This document shows, in pieces, positions 30,109-39,428 of a stretch of 64,000 nt of DNA. The stretch is from an uncultured Acidobacteriota bacterium. Lineage in GTDB: Bacteria; Acidobacteriota; Vicinamibacteria; Fen-336. The notes under the pieces were generated by a model. It ran no database searches. It was not told the DNA's origin and saw nothing but the letters and a program-made list of their open reading frames with translations. Position numbers and translations under genes: made by a program. Within the stretch, counting starts at the first letter, position 1. Each line of letters starts with the position of its first letter. The stretch lies in contig CAVPGH010000001.1 in assembly GCA_963703985.1 (NCBI GenBank), positions 474,677-538,676 on the forward strand, written 5' to 3'.

Positions 30109-31371
30109 TCAGCCTCTCGCCGGCTTCTCTTCCTTCTTGCGACGGATCCAGCCGGTCTTCAGCACCTGACGGGCCCGGCCCAGGGCGAGGGAATGGGCGG
30201 GCACGTCTTCCGTGATGGTGCTGCCCGCCGCGATGTAGGCCCCCTCCCCCACCATCACCGGGGCCACCAGCGTCGAGTTGCTCCCCACGAACGCCCCCGC
30301 CTCGATGCGCGTCCGGTGCTTGTGGGTCCCGTCGTAGTTGCAGGTGATGGTGCCCGCGCCGACGTTCACGCCGGGGCCGATGGTGGTGTCGCCCAGGTAG
30401 GAGAGGTGCGGGGCCTTGCTGCCCTCGCCGAGGTGGGTCTTCTTCAGCTCCACGAAATTACCCACCTTGGCCCGCGGCCCCACCCGGCTCTCGGGCCGCA
30501 GGTGGGCGAAAGGCCCCACGGAGGCCCCCGCTTCGACCACGCACTCGCGCAGGAAGCAGTGGTCGAGGATCTGGGCGTCGGGGCCGATCTCGCTGTCCAC
30601 CAGGCGGGCGAAGGGTCCGACCGAAGCGCCCCGCCGCACCACGGTGCGCCCTTCCAGCATCGTGAACGGGCGCAGGTGGGCGCCCGGCTCGACCGTGACC
30701 CCGAGCCCGACCATCGTGCTCCCCGGGTCTTCCACGAGAACGCCGGCGGCGAGGAGCGCCGCGAGACGCCGATCGCGCAGGAGGCGCGAGGCCCCGGCCA
30801 GGTCGGCCAGGGAAGAGACGGCCAACACTTCCTGCGGGTCGTCGGGGGTGAAGGTCCGCACGAGCAACCCGCGTGCGGCCAGGAGGGAGCCGACCTCCGC
30901 GAGAGTCGCCAACGTCCCTGCTTGCGTATCGGCCAGGAGCGTGCGCAGCGGCGACGCCGCGAAAGCGAAGACGCCGTCGGAAACGGCGGTCACCGCTGCG
31001 CCCGAGGCGTGGTGGTCGGCGAGGAGGGCCCGGAGCGTTTCCGAGCGAAGGAGGGGGAGGTCGCCGCTCACGACCAGGAGCGTCGCTTGCGTACCCAGGA
31101 TCTCGCGCACCGCCCAGGTTTCGCCCCCGTTTGAAGGAGCGGGAGCCGGCGGCAGGAACCGAAGGTTCCGTCCCGGGAGGGCGGCGCCGACCGCGTCCGC
31201 TTCCGGCCCGGCGAGCACCGCGACGGGAGGAACGGCGAAGGGCTCCACCGCCCGCAGCACGTGAGCGAGCAGGGGCTCGCCCAGCGCGGGCAGCAGGGCA
31301 CTCGGCGTCGGGGTGCCCGTCCCCCGGCGGGTCGCGACGATCAGGACCTGCGGCGCGCTCGCGGTGCTCAA
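30109..31371 (-). CDS. glmU: GlmU-like protein: intact acetyltransferase (left-handed beta-helix) domain, degenerate uridyltransferase domain
   Basis: The C-terminal half has [38 protein letters not shown] and FVGSNS. The N-terminal half lacks the LAAGxGTRM/PK motif. Adjacent to glmS. Confidence 0.9.
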   Translation of the reverse strand: MSTASAPQVLIVATRRGTGTPTPSALLPALGEPLLAHVLRAVEPFAVPPVAVLAGPEADAVGAALPGRNLRFLPPAPAPSNGGETWAVREILGTQATLLVVSGDLPLLRSETLRALLADHHASGAAVTAVSDGVFAFAASPLRTLLADTQAGTLATLAEVGSLLAARGLLVRTFTPDDPQEVLAVSSLADLAGASRLLRDRRLAALLAAGVLVEDPGSTMVGLGVTVEPGAHLRPFTMLEGRTVVRRGASVGPFARLVDSEIGPDAQILDHCFLRECVVEAGASVGPFAHLRPESRVGPRAKVGNFVELKKTHLGEGSKAPHLSYLGDTTIGPGVNVGAGTITCNYDGTHKHRTRIEAGAFVGSNSTLVAPVMVGEGAYIAAGSTITEDVPAHSLALGRARQVLKTGWIRRKKEEKPARG

Positions 31372-31419
31372 CCAGGCGATCGTAGCATGCAGGGCCGGGG
31401 GCGCCGGTGCGCCTGCGGG

Positions 31420-31941
31420 TCAGGAAGCCTGGGAGTAGACGAGGGACACGAAATCCGCTTCGTCGCGGATGGAATCGAAGTCCGAGTCGCTGCGGGCCTG
31501 GGCGCGGTTGGCCGGGCTCACGGCGATCGCGGTCTTCAGGGCCTTGATGGCCGCGGCGTTGTCACCGGCGCGGGCGTGAGCCGCGGCCAGGCAGTAGAGC
31601 ACGTGCTCGTTGCGGGGGTGGATTTCCGCGGCCTGCTGCAAGTGCTTGATGGCGCCCTCGAAATCACCCTTGTTGTGGAGGAAGACCCCGTAGTTCAGCA
31701 GGTCTTCGAAGCCCTTCGGCCGCGTAGGGCGCTTCTCCCGAGCCCGCTCGCAGAGGGCCCGGAACGCCCGGGCCCTCTCCAGGAGATCCCGCTCCTGGGG
31801 ATACCCGGCGATGAGCTCGTCCAGAAGGTCGGAGGCTCGATCGAAGTCCTTCTTGCCCAGGGCCTTGACGGCCTTTTCGTAAAGATCGAGGGCGTGACTG
31901 GCGCGCCGGTCCTGGACCGCCGCCGCCTTCTTGTCACCCAT
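31420..31941 (-). CDS. TPR-repeat protein without signal peptide
   Basis: Helical TPR repeats (YGVFLHNKGDFEGAIKHLQQA; YCLAAAHARAGDNAAAIKAL) and a DSDFDSIR end motif; SD GGGAGG before ATG 31941. Confidence 0.8.
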   Translation of the reverse strand: MGDKKAAAVQDRRASHALDLYEKAVKALGKKDFDRASDLLDELIAGYPQERDLLERARAFRALCERAREKRPTRPKGFEDLLNYGVFLHNKGDFEGAIKHLQQAAEIHPRNEHVLYCLAAAHARAGDNAAAIKALKTAIAVSPANRAQARSDSDFDSIRDEADFVSLVYSQAS

Positions 31942-31959
31942 GCTCGCCTCCCGCCCCCT

Positions 31960-31974
31960 GTTCTCGGGAAGTCC
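31960..31974. promoter_or_regulatory. Candidate LexA box (GTTC-N7-GTTC type, one mismatch)
   Basis: GTTC-tcgggaa-GTCC in the divergent TPR/uvrA intergenic region; an extended -10 TGGTACAAT for uvrA lies at about 32047-32055. Confidence 0.35.
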
Positions 31975-32075
31975 TGACTGAATAGTAAGTTGTGCAGCAT
32001 AACACGGCCGTCTTCGCGCCGCAATGAGCGCGCGCACAGCGGCCTTTGGTACAATCCCCTGTTGGCCTAACCATC

Positions 32076-34886
32076 ATGGAGCCCGGCCGAGACGAACCGA
32101 TCGTGATCCGGGGGGCCCGGGTCCACAACCTGAAGGGGATCGACTGCGACCTCCCGCGCAACCGGCTGGTCGTGATCACGGGCCCCTCCGGCTCCGGCAA
32201 GAGCAGCCTGGCGTTCGACACGCTCTACGCCGAAGGACAGCGCCGCTACGTGGAGAGCCTCTCCCCCTACGCGCGGCAGTTCCTCGAACAGATGGAGAAG
32301 CCCGACGTGGAGTCGGTCTCCGGGCTCTCCCCCGCAATCGCCATCGAGCAGAGGACCACGGTTGCGCATCCGCGCTCCACCGTGGGCACGGTGACCGAGG
32401 TCTACGACCACCTGCGGGTGCTCTTCGCCGCGCTGGGGAAGCCGCATTGCCCCCGGTGCGGCGAACCGATCGCCGCCCAGACCGCGGAGCAGATGGCGGA
32501 GAGGCTCCTCGCGGACTCCGCGGGGACTCCGGTGGCGGTGCTCGCCCCGGTGGTGCGCGGGCGGAAGGGGGCGTTCAAGAAGGAGCTCCAGGCCCTCGCC
32601 TCCGCTGGCTTCGTGCGAGCCCGGATCGACGGGAAGGGCTACAACCTGGTCGATCCCCCCGCGCTGGAGCCGCGCCGCAACCATCGCGTCGACGTGCTCG
32701 TGGATCGTCTGATCCTGCGTCCGGGCGCGGAGAAGCGCCTGCGCGCGAGCCTGGAGAAGGCGCTCCTCCTCGCCCACGACGTGGCCCTCGTCTCCTTCGA
32801 GGGGGGACCGGAGAAGCTGTTGAGCCGTCGCATGGCCTGCGTGCGCTGCGACGTGTCCGTGCCGGAGCTGAGCCCGCGCGCCTTCTCCTTCAACAGCCCG
32901 CACGGGGCGTGCGCGGCCTGCGACGGCCTGGGCATGCGCTGGGCGGTGGACGCGGACCGGCTCATGCCGGACGAGGAGAAGACGATCCTCGAAGGCGCGA
33001 TCCTTCCCTGGCAGCGGCACGGCCCGCGTCTGGTGCGGGAGGCGCTGGAAGAGGTGGCAGCCCGACACGGCTTCTCCCTGGAGGTCCCGGTCCGCGAGCT
33101 GCCGAAGAGGGCCATCCAGGTCCTGCTCCACGGCGACGAGGACGGCTTCTCCGGGGTCGTCCCCTACCTCAAGAACCGCGTGGAGACACTCCTGCGCGCG
33201 GGTCCCGAGGCGGGCGAGGACGGGCGCGAGGACGGCGGCGGCGCCGAGGCCTTCGAGGACCTCTCCCCGTACCTCACGGAAGAGACCTGCCCTACCTGCA
33301 AGGGCGGGCGCCTCCGCGCGGAGAGCCTGGCCGTGCGCCTGCTCGGGCGCACGGTGGCCGAATACGTCCGCCTCTCCCTTCGAGAGGCCCGGGAGGTGGT
33401 CGGTGCCCTCGTCTTCGGCGAGCGAGAGCGGCCGGTGGCCGATCGCCTGCTGCAGGAGATCGTGGGCCGGCTCGTATTTCTCGAATCCCTTGGGCTCGGC
33501 TACCTCACCCTCGACCGGCCCACCACCACGCTCTCCGGCGGCGAGGCCCACCGCATTCGCCTCGCCACGCAGATCGGGGCGCGGATGCAGGGGATCCTCT
33601 ACGTGCTCGACGAGCCCTCGGTGGGGCTGCACCAACGCGACAACGCCCGTCTCCTGGAGACGCTGCACTCGATCCGCGACATGGGAAACACCGTCGTGGT
33701 CGTGGAGCACGACGAGGAGACGATCCGTGCTGCCGACTGGGTGCTGGACCTCGGCGAGGGCGCGGGCCGGCTGGGGGGCAAGCTCATGTACGCGGGCCCT
33801 CCCGGCTCCATCAACGGCAGCCTCACCGGGCGTTATCTCCGCCGTGAGCTGGAGATCCCCCTCCCCAAGGCGCGGCGGACGGCCCGCGGTGCCATCCGCA
33901 TCCTGGGGGCCCGCCACCACAATCTGCGGGACATCGACGTCGAGATCCCCCTCGGCGTGCTCACCGCGGTGACCGGAGTCTCGGGCTCCGGCAAGTCGAC
34001 GCTGGTGGACGACATCCTTCACCGTACGCTCGCGCGCCGGCTCTACAAGGCGGCGGCGGAGCCGGGCCGCCATCGTGCGCTCGAGGGGGCGGAGACGATC
34101 GACAAGGTCATCGCGATCGACCAGAGCCCGATCGGGCGGACGCCCCGCAGCAACCCCGCCACCTACACCGGCGCCTTCGGCTTCATCCGCGAGCTGATGA
34201 GCCTCACTCCCGAGGCCCGCGCCCGCGGCTACAAGCCGGGGCGTTTCTCCTTCAACGTGAAAGGCGGCCGCTGCGAGGGCTGCCAGGGCGACGGCCTGCG
34301 GCGCATCGAGATGCACTTCCTCCCCGACGTCTACGTGCAGTGCGACGCCTGCAAGGGGCGGCGCTACAACCGCGAGACCCTGGAGGTGCTGTACCAGGGA
34401 CGCAGCGTGGCCGACATCCTGGACCTCACGGTCGCGGAGGCGCTCGTGGTCCTGGAGGCGCATCCTCGCCTCAACCGCCTGCTCACGACCCTCGTGGACG
34501 TGGGGCTCGGCTATCTGCGGCTGGGCCAGAGCGCGAGCACCCTCTCGGGCGGGGAGGCCCAGCGAGTGAAGCTGGCCCGCGAGCTGGGCCGGCGCGAGAC
34601 CGGGAACACCCTCTACCTTCTCGACGAGCCGACGACCGGGCTGCACTTCGACGACATCCTCAAGCTCCTTCACGTGCTCGGCCGGCTCGTGGAGACGGGC
34701 AACACGGTGGTCGTCATCGAGCACAACCTCGACGTGATCAAGTGCGCCGACCACGTGGTCGACCTGGGTCCCGAAGCGGGCGACGGGGGAGGACGGGTCG
34801 TCGCATTTGGAAGCCCCGAGGACGTGGCGCGCTCGGGCAAGAGCCATACGGGCCTCTTCCTCCGACCGCTCCTGGCCATCGGCTGA
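32076..34886 (+). CDS. uvrA: Excinuclease ABC subunit A
   Basis: Two ABC modules (GPSGSGKSS, GVSGSGKST; LSGGEA twice), zinc fingers, IDQSPIGRTPRSNPATY; uninterrupted frame. Confidence 0.99.
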   Translation: MEPGRDEPIVIRGARVHNLKGIDCDLPRNRLVVITGPSGSGKSSLAFDTLYAEGQRRYVESLSPYARQFLEQMEKPDVESVSGLSPAIAIEQRTTVAHPRSTVGTVTEVYDHLRVLFAALGKPHCPRCGEPIAAQTAEQMAERLLADSAGTPVAVLAPVVRGRKGAFKKELQALASAGFVRARIDGKGYNLVDPPALEPRRNHRVDVLVDRLILRPGAEKRLRASLEKALLLAHDVALVSFEGGPEKLLSRRMACVRCDVSVPELSPRAFSFNSPHGACAACDGLGMRWAVDADRLMPDEEKTILEGAILPWQRHGPRLVREALEEVAARHGFSLEVPVRELPKRAIQVLLHGDEDGFSGVVPYLKNRVETLLRAGPEAGEDGREDGGGAEAFEDLSPYLTEETCPTCKGGRLRAESLAVRLLGRTVAEYVRLSLREAREVVGALVFGERERPVADRLLQEIVGRLVFLESLGLGYLTLDRPTTTLSGGEAHRIRLATQIGARMQGILYVLDEPSVGLHQRDNARLLETLHSIRDMGNTVVVVEHDEETIRAADWVLDLGEGAGRLGGKLMYAGPPGSINGSLTGRYLRRELEIPLPKARRTARGAIRILGARHHNLRDIDVEIPLGVLTAVTGVSGSGKSTLVDDILHRTLARRLYKAAAEPGRHRALEGAETIDKVIAIDQSPIGRTPRSNPATYTGAFGFIRELMSLTPEARARGYKPGRFSFNVKGGRCEGCQGDGLRRIEMHFLPDVYVQCDACKGRRYNRETLEVLYQGRSVADILDLTVAEALVVLEAHPRLNRLLTTLVDVGLGYLRLGQSASTLSGGEAQRVKLARELGRRETGNTLYLLDEPTTGLHFDDILKLLHVLGRLVETGNTVVVIEHNLDVIKCADHVVDLGPEAGDGGGRVVAFGSPEDVARSGKSHTGLFLRPLLAIG

Positions 34887-35018
34887 GCTGCGGTCGAGGG
34901 CGGCGGCGTTGCGAATACGCCACAGCGTGGCGAGCCAGCCCGTGGCCGGGCGGGCACAGACGATGTTCTCCATGAGCCTAACCATAGCTGGAGCAGCAAG
35001 ATAGAAACGTAGCCTCGG

Positions 35019-35034
35019 TGGCACCTCACTTGCA
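35019..35034 (+). promoter_or_regulatory. sigma54 (-24/-12) promoter upstream of lpxC
   Basis: TGGCAC-CTCAC-TTGCA is an exact match to TGGCAC-N5-TTGCW, about 60 bp before the lpxC ATG, in intergenic DNA. Confidence 0.8.
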
Positions 35035-35093
35035 CACAGAGGGGCAGAAAAACCGCTCTCACCTGAGGCCTCGGCCAGGGGAGCACCTGGAGA

Positions 35094-36054
35094 ATGGGCT
35101 ACCGAAGAACCCTGCGGCGGGAAGTCGGCTGTACCGGCATCGGGCTTCATTCCGGGAAGCCGGTGCGGTTACGCCTTCTCCCCGCTCCTGCCGAGCACGG
35201 GGTCTGCTTCCGGCGGACGGACGTCGGAGTCCTGATCCCGGCGCGGCTCGACTGCCTGGGCGAACAAGACCACGCGACGACCCTCACTCGCGACGGGGTC
35301 AGCGTGGACACGGTGGAGCATCTCCTGTCGGCGCTCCACGGGCTGGGTGTGGACGATGCCCTCGTCGAGGTGGACGGCCCCGAGATTCCGATTCTCGACG
35401 GCAGCGCCGCGCCCTTCGTCATCCTGATTCACGAGGCTGGCCTCAAGCCCTGGAACGTAGCGCGACAATACCTGAAGGTCCTGGAGCCCGTGGAGGTGGT
35501 GCGCGGAGGCAAGAGAGCGCGCCTCCTGCCCGCCCGCGCACTTCGAGATCAGCTACACCATCGGCTTCGACCACGCGCTCTTGCGGCACCAGTCGCTTCG
35601 CCTGCGGCTCAGCCCGCGGACCTACTCGGAGGACATCGCCCCTGCCCGCACCTTCGGGTTCCTGCGCGAGGTGGAGACCCTGCGCCGCCACGGGCTCGCC
35701 CTGGGCGGCAGCCTGGACAACGCGGTCGTGATCGGCGAGACGGGCGTCCTCAACAGCAAGCTGCGCTTCGAGGACGAGTTCGTCCGGCACAAGATCCTGG
35801 ACGCGGTCGGCGACCTGGCGCTCCTGGGCTACCCTCTTGTCGGCCAGCTGGAAGCGACGAAGGCGGGCCATGCGCTCCACGCGGCGGTGGCCCGGAAGCT
35901 GGTCGAGACTCCGGGGGCCTCGCGTCTGGTGACGAGCCCCGGGCTTCCCGCCTCCGCCTCCCGCCTCCGTTCCCGCCTTCTCGCTGCGTCCTTCCGAAGC
36001 CTGACCCCGCGCCCGCCGCGACCCGGTCCTACTTCTCGGGCGGCACTACCGTGA
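35094..36054 (+). CDS. lpxC: UDP-3-O-acyl-GlcNAc deacetylase (indel near 35535; end approximate)
   Basis: GIGLHSG, TVEHLLSAL, EIPILDGSA, IAPARTFGF, LRFEDEFVRHKILDAVGDL, KAGHALH. Confidence 0.97.
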
Positions 36055-36444
36055 CCGCGACCTTGACCTCGGCCACGCTCGTCTCGGGGTCGTTGGAGCG
36101 GATGAGCACCGTGCGCTCCATCTCGCCCGAGTAGCTCCGCGTCTCGAGGGAGACCCGGAGGGGAGTCGTGCTCCCCGGCTTGACCACCTTGTCCGCGAGG
36201 AGGGCGGCGGTGCAGCCGCAGGTGGTGGACACGTTCTCGATCACGAGGTCCGCGGTCGCCGAAGTTGCGGATGCTGAACTCCTTCTGCAGCGTCTTGTTC
36301 TGCACCGCCTTCCCGAAATCGAAGGCGGCGGGCTCGATCGCGATCCGCGGGCCCTTGGCGGGGGCGTCCTTCTTCGCGTCCTGGGCGAGTGATTGGGACA
36401 GCGAAGCAGCGGGAAGACAGCAGGAAAAGAAAGGCACGTCTCAT
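36029..36444 (-). CDS. Secreted DUF1573-like (Ig-like) domain protein (indels)
   Basis: Signal peptide; FDFGKAVQNKTLQKEFSIRNFG.ADLVIENVSTTCGCTA...VKPG, the characteristic CGC motif. Confidence 0.8.
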
Positions 36445-36746
36445 GAGGACCTCCCGGCGGTCCGCCCCCGCCCCTTCTTCTTGGCGGCGGTGAGCTTCCG
36501 CATGTAGGCGTCCAGCATCTCGTTCTCGTAGGTCACGGAGTTCAGGAACAGGCTCTCCACCAGGTAGCGCCGCCGGTCTTCCTCCGTCATCTGGTCCACG
36601 AGGCGCTCGATCTCGCGCATCATGTCCTCGAAGGAGACCTGGAGCTGGTGCTCGAGGGTCACCTCGCGGTAGAGCGCCTCCAGGACGCCGAGGAGGTCCC
36701 CGTCGAGGACGAGCTCGGAGCCGGTGGTCAGGCGGACCTTACGCAT
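36441..36746 (-). CDS. Hypothetical 101-aa helical protein
   Basis: MRKVRLTTGSELVLDGDLLGVLEALYREV...YENEMLDAYMRKL; clean GC3-biased frame; overlaps the next start (ATGA). Confidence 0.7.
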   Translation of the reverse strand: MRKVRLTTGSELVLDGDLLGVLEALYREVTLEHQLQVSFEDMMREIERLVDQMTEEDRRRYLVESLFLNSVTYENEMLDAYMRKLTAAKKKGRGRTAGRSS

Positions 36747-37109
36747 CGCCGCGGGGCTCCCTTGCGCGGCGCGAAGGCGGCGATGGCCTCTGCCTCGTCC
36801 CGGTGGATGTCGATGATCTTGTGCACGCCGGTCATCGAGATCATGGTCTCCACGCGGGGCTGGAGGCCCGGCGAGCTTGACCGCTCCCGACTTGTCCTGG
36901 AGCAGCCGGTGGATGTCCATGAGGCAGCCGATGGACGCGCTGTCGATGTAGCTGACCGCGGAGAGGTCGATCACCATCTTGCGGGCGCCCGCTTCCACCA
37001 GCTGCCGCACCTCGGCGAAGAACGACGAAGAGCACGGGGTAGGTCAGCTTGGCCTCCTGGACGCGGACGATGCGTGACGTCGCCCCGCTCTTCTATCTGC
37101 GAGCTGCAT
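36728..37109 (-). CDS. STAS-domain anti-sigma factor antagonist (indels; end approximate)
   Basis: KMVIDLSAVSYIDSASIGCLMDIHRLLQDKSGAVKLAG...MTGVHKIIDI; the Ser of the SpoIIAA-like DS motif is retained. Confidence 0.85.
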
Positions 37110-37113
37110 CACC

Positions 37114-37763
37114 TCACCTCCGGGCCGCGGCCGCCCGCGCCCCAGCCGCCGTCGTCCCGGCTGCTGCGCGCGCAGGAGCAGCCGGGCCAGCTCCTCGCGG
37201 CCCCTGTTGATCCGGCTCTTGACCGTTCCCTCGGGCAGGGCGAGCCGGTCCGCCATCTCCTGGTAGCTGAGCCCCTGGAGGTCGCGCAGCACCACCGCCT
37301 CCCGCAGCTTCTCGGGCAGGAGGTCGAGGCCCTTGCGGAGGAAGCTCCGCCGGTCCTGGTCTTCGAGCGCCCGATGCGGGTTGCCGAAGGAGGCGGGGGC
37401 GAGGTCGAAGGCCACCAGGTCCTCCACCAGGACCTCCCGCTCGCGCTTGCCTGCGCGGTAGTGGTCGATGCAGTAGTTGCGGGCGACGGACGAGAGCCAG
37501 GTGGAGAAATCGGCGTCACGGTTGAACTTGTCCAGGCTCTTGAAGACCTTGAGGAAGATCTCCTGGGTCAGGTCCTCGGCTTCGTCGTGCTTCCCCGTGA
37601 ACTTGTAGGCGATGTGGAAGACCTTGCGCCGGAAGCGCGCGACGATCGCCTCCCATGCCGAGTTGTCCTTCCGCAGGCATCGCTCGATGAGCTCCGCGTC
37701 GGAAGGGGAGGCCTTCCCCTCGTTTAAGGGCTTCGTTCCGGCCGCCACCGATGATAGGGGCAT
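37114..37763 (-). CDS. ECF-family RNA polymerase sigma factor
   Basis: Region 2 DEAEDLTQEIFLKVFKSLDKF...FSTWLSSVARNYCIDHYR; region 4 LRDLQGLSYQEMA...GTVKSRINRGR. The true stop is uncertain (the ORF track runs to 37044). Confidence 0.93.
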
Positions 37764-37782
37764 CCCCAGGGGGGGTCAAACT

Positions 37783-38607
37783 TCACTTGAGCTCGGGTTT
37801 TCCCGCCACCGTCCACGCGGTGTACCAGTAGCTGCCCGCGTCCTCCGCCGCGCCGGAGAGCAGCTGCCGGACCACCGGTCCCGCCTTCTTCTCGAAGTCG
37901 TCGTAGTAGATCTCGGTGTAGCCGCCCTTGCCGCGCTTGGCCAGCTCGTCGAGGTAGAGCAAGTTGTCCAGCCATACGTAGGTGGCGTTGATGACGGAAA
38001 AGACGTACTCCTTGGGATCGTCCAGGAAGTGCGCGGCGTCGGGGCTGACCTTCAGCCGCTTCTCCATCGCCTCGGGCAGCCTCTGCGCGAAGCGCACCCA
38101 GAGGCCATGCTGGCCCGTGTTCTGGCCGTCCGAGTTCTGGGAGAGGTTCAAGGGGTTGTGGAGGTCGGCGACGAGCCCGGCGAGGGTATCGGACTCCGTG
38201 AGGATCTTTTCCTTGTCCCCCAGCTTGAAGGCGTCGATCAGGCGAGCGTAGGACTCCTGAATGAGCCAGGGCAGGCGGCCCACCGTGGCCGCCGCCTCGC
38301 CGTACTTGCTCTTCAGCGAGGCCTCGGTGTGGGGCAGCTCGTTGAAGGGAAAGGGCAGGAGCTTGTCCACCGCGAAGCGCCGCTCCGGGCTCGGCTCGGG
38401 GAATGTGGGCTCCAGGGCCAGCGAGGGGATCTCCAGCCGGTGCTCCTTGTAGAACTTCTCCAGGGGCTTGGGCAGGGTGTCGATCGCGTGGGACACCACG
38501 AGCTGCGTCACCACGGGCCCCGCTCCCTGGCTCTCGCCCGGGAAGCCGACGAGCAAGACTCCGGCGAGAGCCAGGATCGTTCCGGGCAACGTCGGCCGTT
38601 TGCACAC
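37783..38607 (-). CDS. Secreted S1/P1 nuclease / Zn-phospholipase C-like protein with degenerate metal ligands
   Basis: Signal peptide; scaffold motifs AIDTLP..L..FY, GRLPW, VADLHNPL...N.DGQ.TGQ.G, YWYTAW..AGKP; GTG start 38607 inside ORF 37783..39672. Confidence 0.7.
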   Translation of the reverse strand: MCKRPTLPGTILALAGVLLVGFPGESQGAGPVVTQLVVSHAIDTLPKPLEKFYKEHRLEIPSLALEPTFPEPSPERRFAVDKLLPFPFNELPHTEASLKSKYGEAAATVGRLPWLIQESYARLIDAFKLGDKEKILTESDTLAGLVADLHNPLNLSQNSDGQNTGQHGLWVRFAQRLPEAMEKRLKVSPDAAHFLDDPKEYVFSVINATYVWLDNLLYLDELAKRGKGGYTEIYYDDFEKKAGPVVRQLLSGAAEDAGSYWYTAWTVAGKPELK

Positions 38608-38663
38608 TCGTCTCACCTCAGAACCTCCCCAGGAGCTCCCACTACCCATTCTCCCATGGACGC

Positions 38664-39416
38664 CTAGAGCGCTCTCGCCACCGAGAGCAGCCGGACCTCG
38701 ACCGCCCCCGCCTCGCGGAGGGCCCGGGCGCACGCCTGCGCGGTCGCCCCCGTGGTGAGGACGTCGTCGACCAGGACGAGGCACCTCCCCGCCACCTGGG
38801 CCCGTCGGCGCACGGCAAAGGCGCCTTGCACGTTGCCCCGCCGGGCCGCCGCGCTGAGCCCGGTCTGGGGGGCGGTGTCCTTGCGCCGCACGAGGGCCGA
38901 GGCGAGCGCGGGCACGCCCGTGCGTCGGGAGAGGGCGGCGGCGATGAGCTCTGCCTGGTTGAAGCCCCGCTCCCGGCGGCGACGCGGGTGGAGGGGCACG
39001 GGCACGAGAGCGTGAGCGCCCTCGATCACAGAGCGCGCGGCCGGCTCGGCGAGAAGAGTCTCGGCCAGCCGCGTGGCGACGCGGCGCCGGCCGCGGTACT
39101 TGAGCTCGTGCAGGAGCACGCGAAGGCTGCCTTCGTACGGGCCCAGGCTCGCTCCCTGCCCGAAAGGCGTGAGTCCACGCCGGCAGCGCCCGCATCGTGC
39201 GAGGGGCGCCGGGAGGGGCAGGCCGCAGGCGCAGAGCGGCCCGCGGTGCCGGGGGAGGTCCGCCCAGCAGGCGTCGCAGAGGGGGCCCCGCGTGGGATGG
39301 GCCACCGGCCGCGTGCAGGCCGGGCACTCCGCGGGGAAGACGACGGCGAGCACGGGATCCACGAGCTTGCGGGCAGAGTCCCGCGCCGCGGCCAGGTTCA
39401 GGGAGACGGCGCCCAA
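38664..39416 (-). CDS. comF: ComF-family competence protein (phosphoribosyltransferase-like, Zn ribbon)
   Basis: CPAC...LCDAC, ELKY, VPVPLH..R..ERGFNQAELIA, LVDDVLTTGAT. Confidence 0.93.
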   Translation of the reverse strand: MGAVSLNLAAARDSARKLVDPVLAVVFPAECPACTRPVAHPTRGPLCDACWADLPRHRGPLCACGLPLPAPLARCGRCRRGLTPFGQGASLGPYEGSLRVLLHELKYRGRRRVATRLAETLLAEPAARSVIEGAHALVPVPLHPRRRRERGFNQAELIAAALSRRTGVPALASALVRRKDTAPQTGLSAAARRGNVQGAFAVRRRAQVAGRCLVLVDDVLTTGATAQACARALREAGAVEVRLLSVARAL

Positions 39417-39428
39417 GCAGAGGCCGGT

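Noticed and set aside
32067-35150. Very long antisense and alternate-frame ORFs (32067..35150 -, 4584..7457 +, 57648..59786 -, 416..2098 + and many Arg/Pro/Gly-rich ORFs)
   Set aside because: These are shadow ORFs from extreme GC3 bias opposite or overlapping real genes; they show no recognisable motifs.
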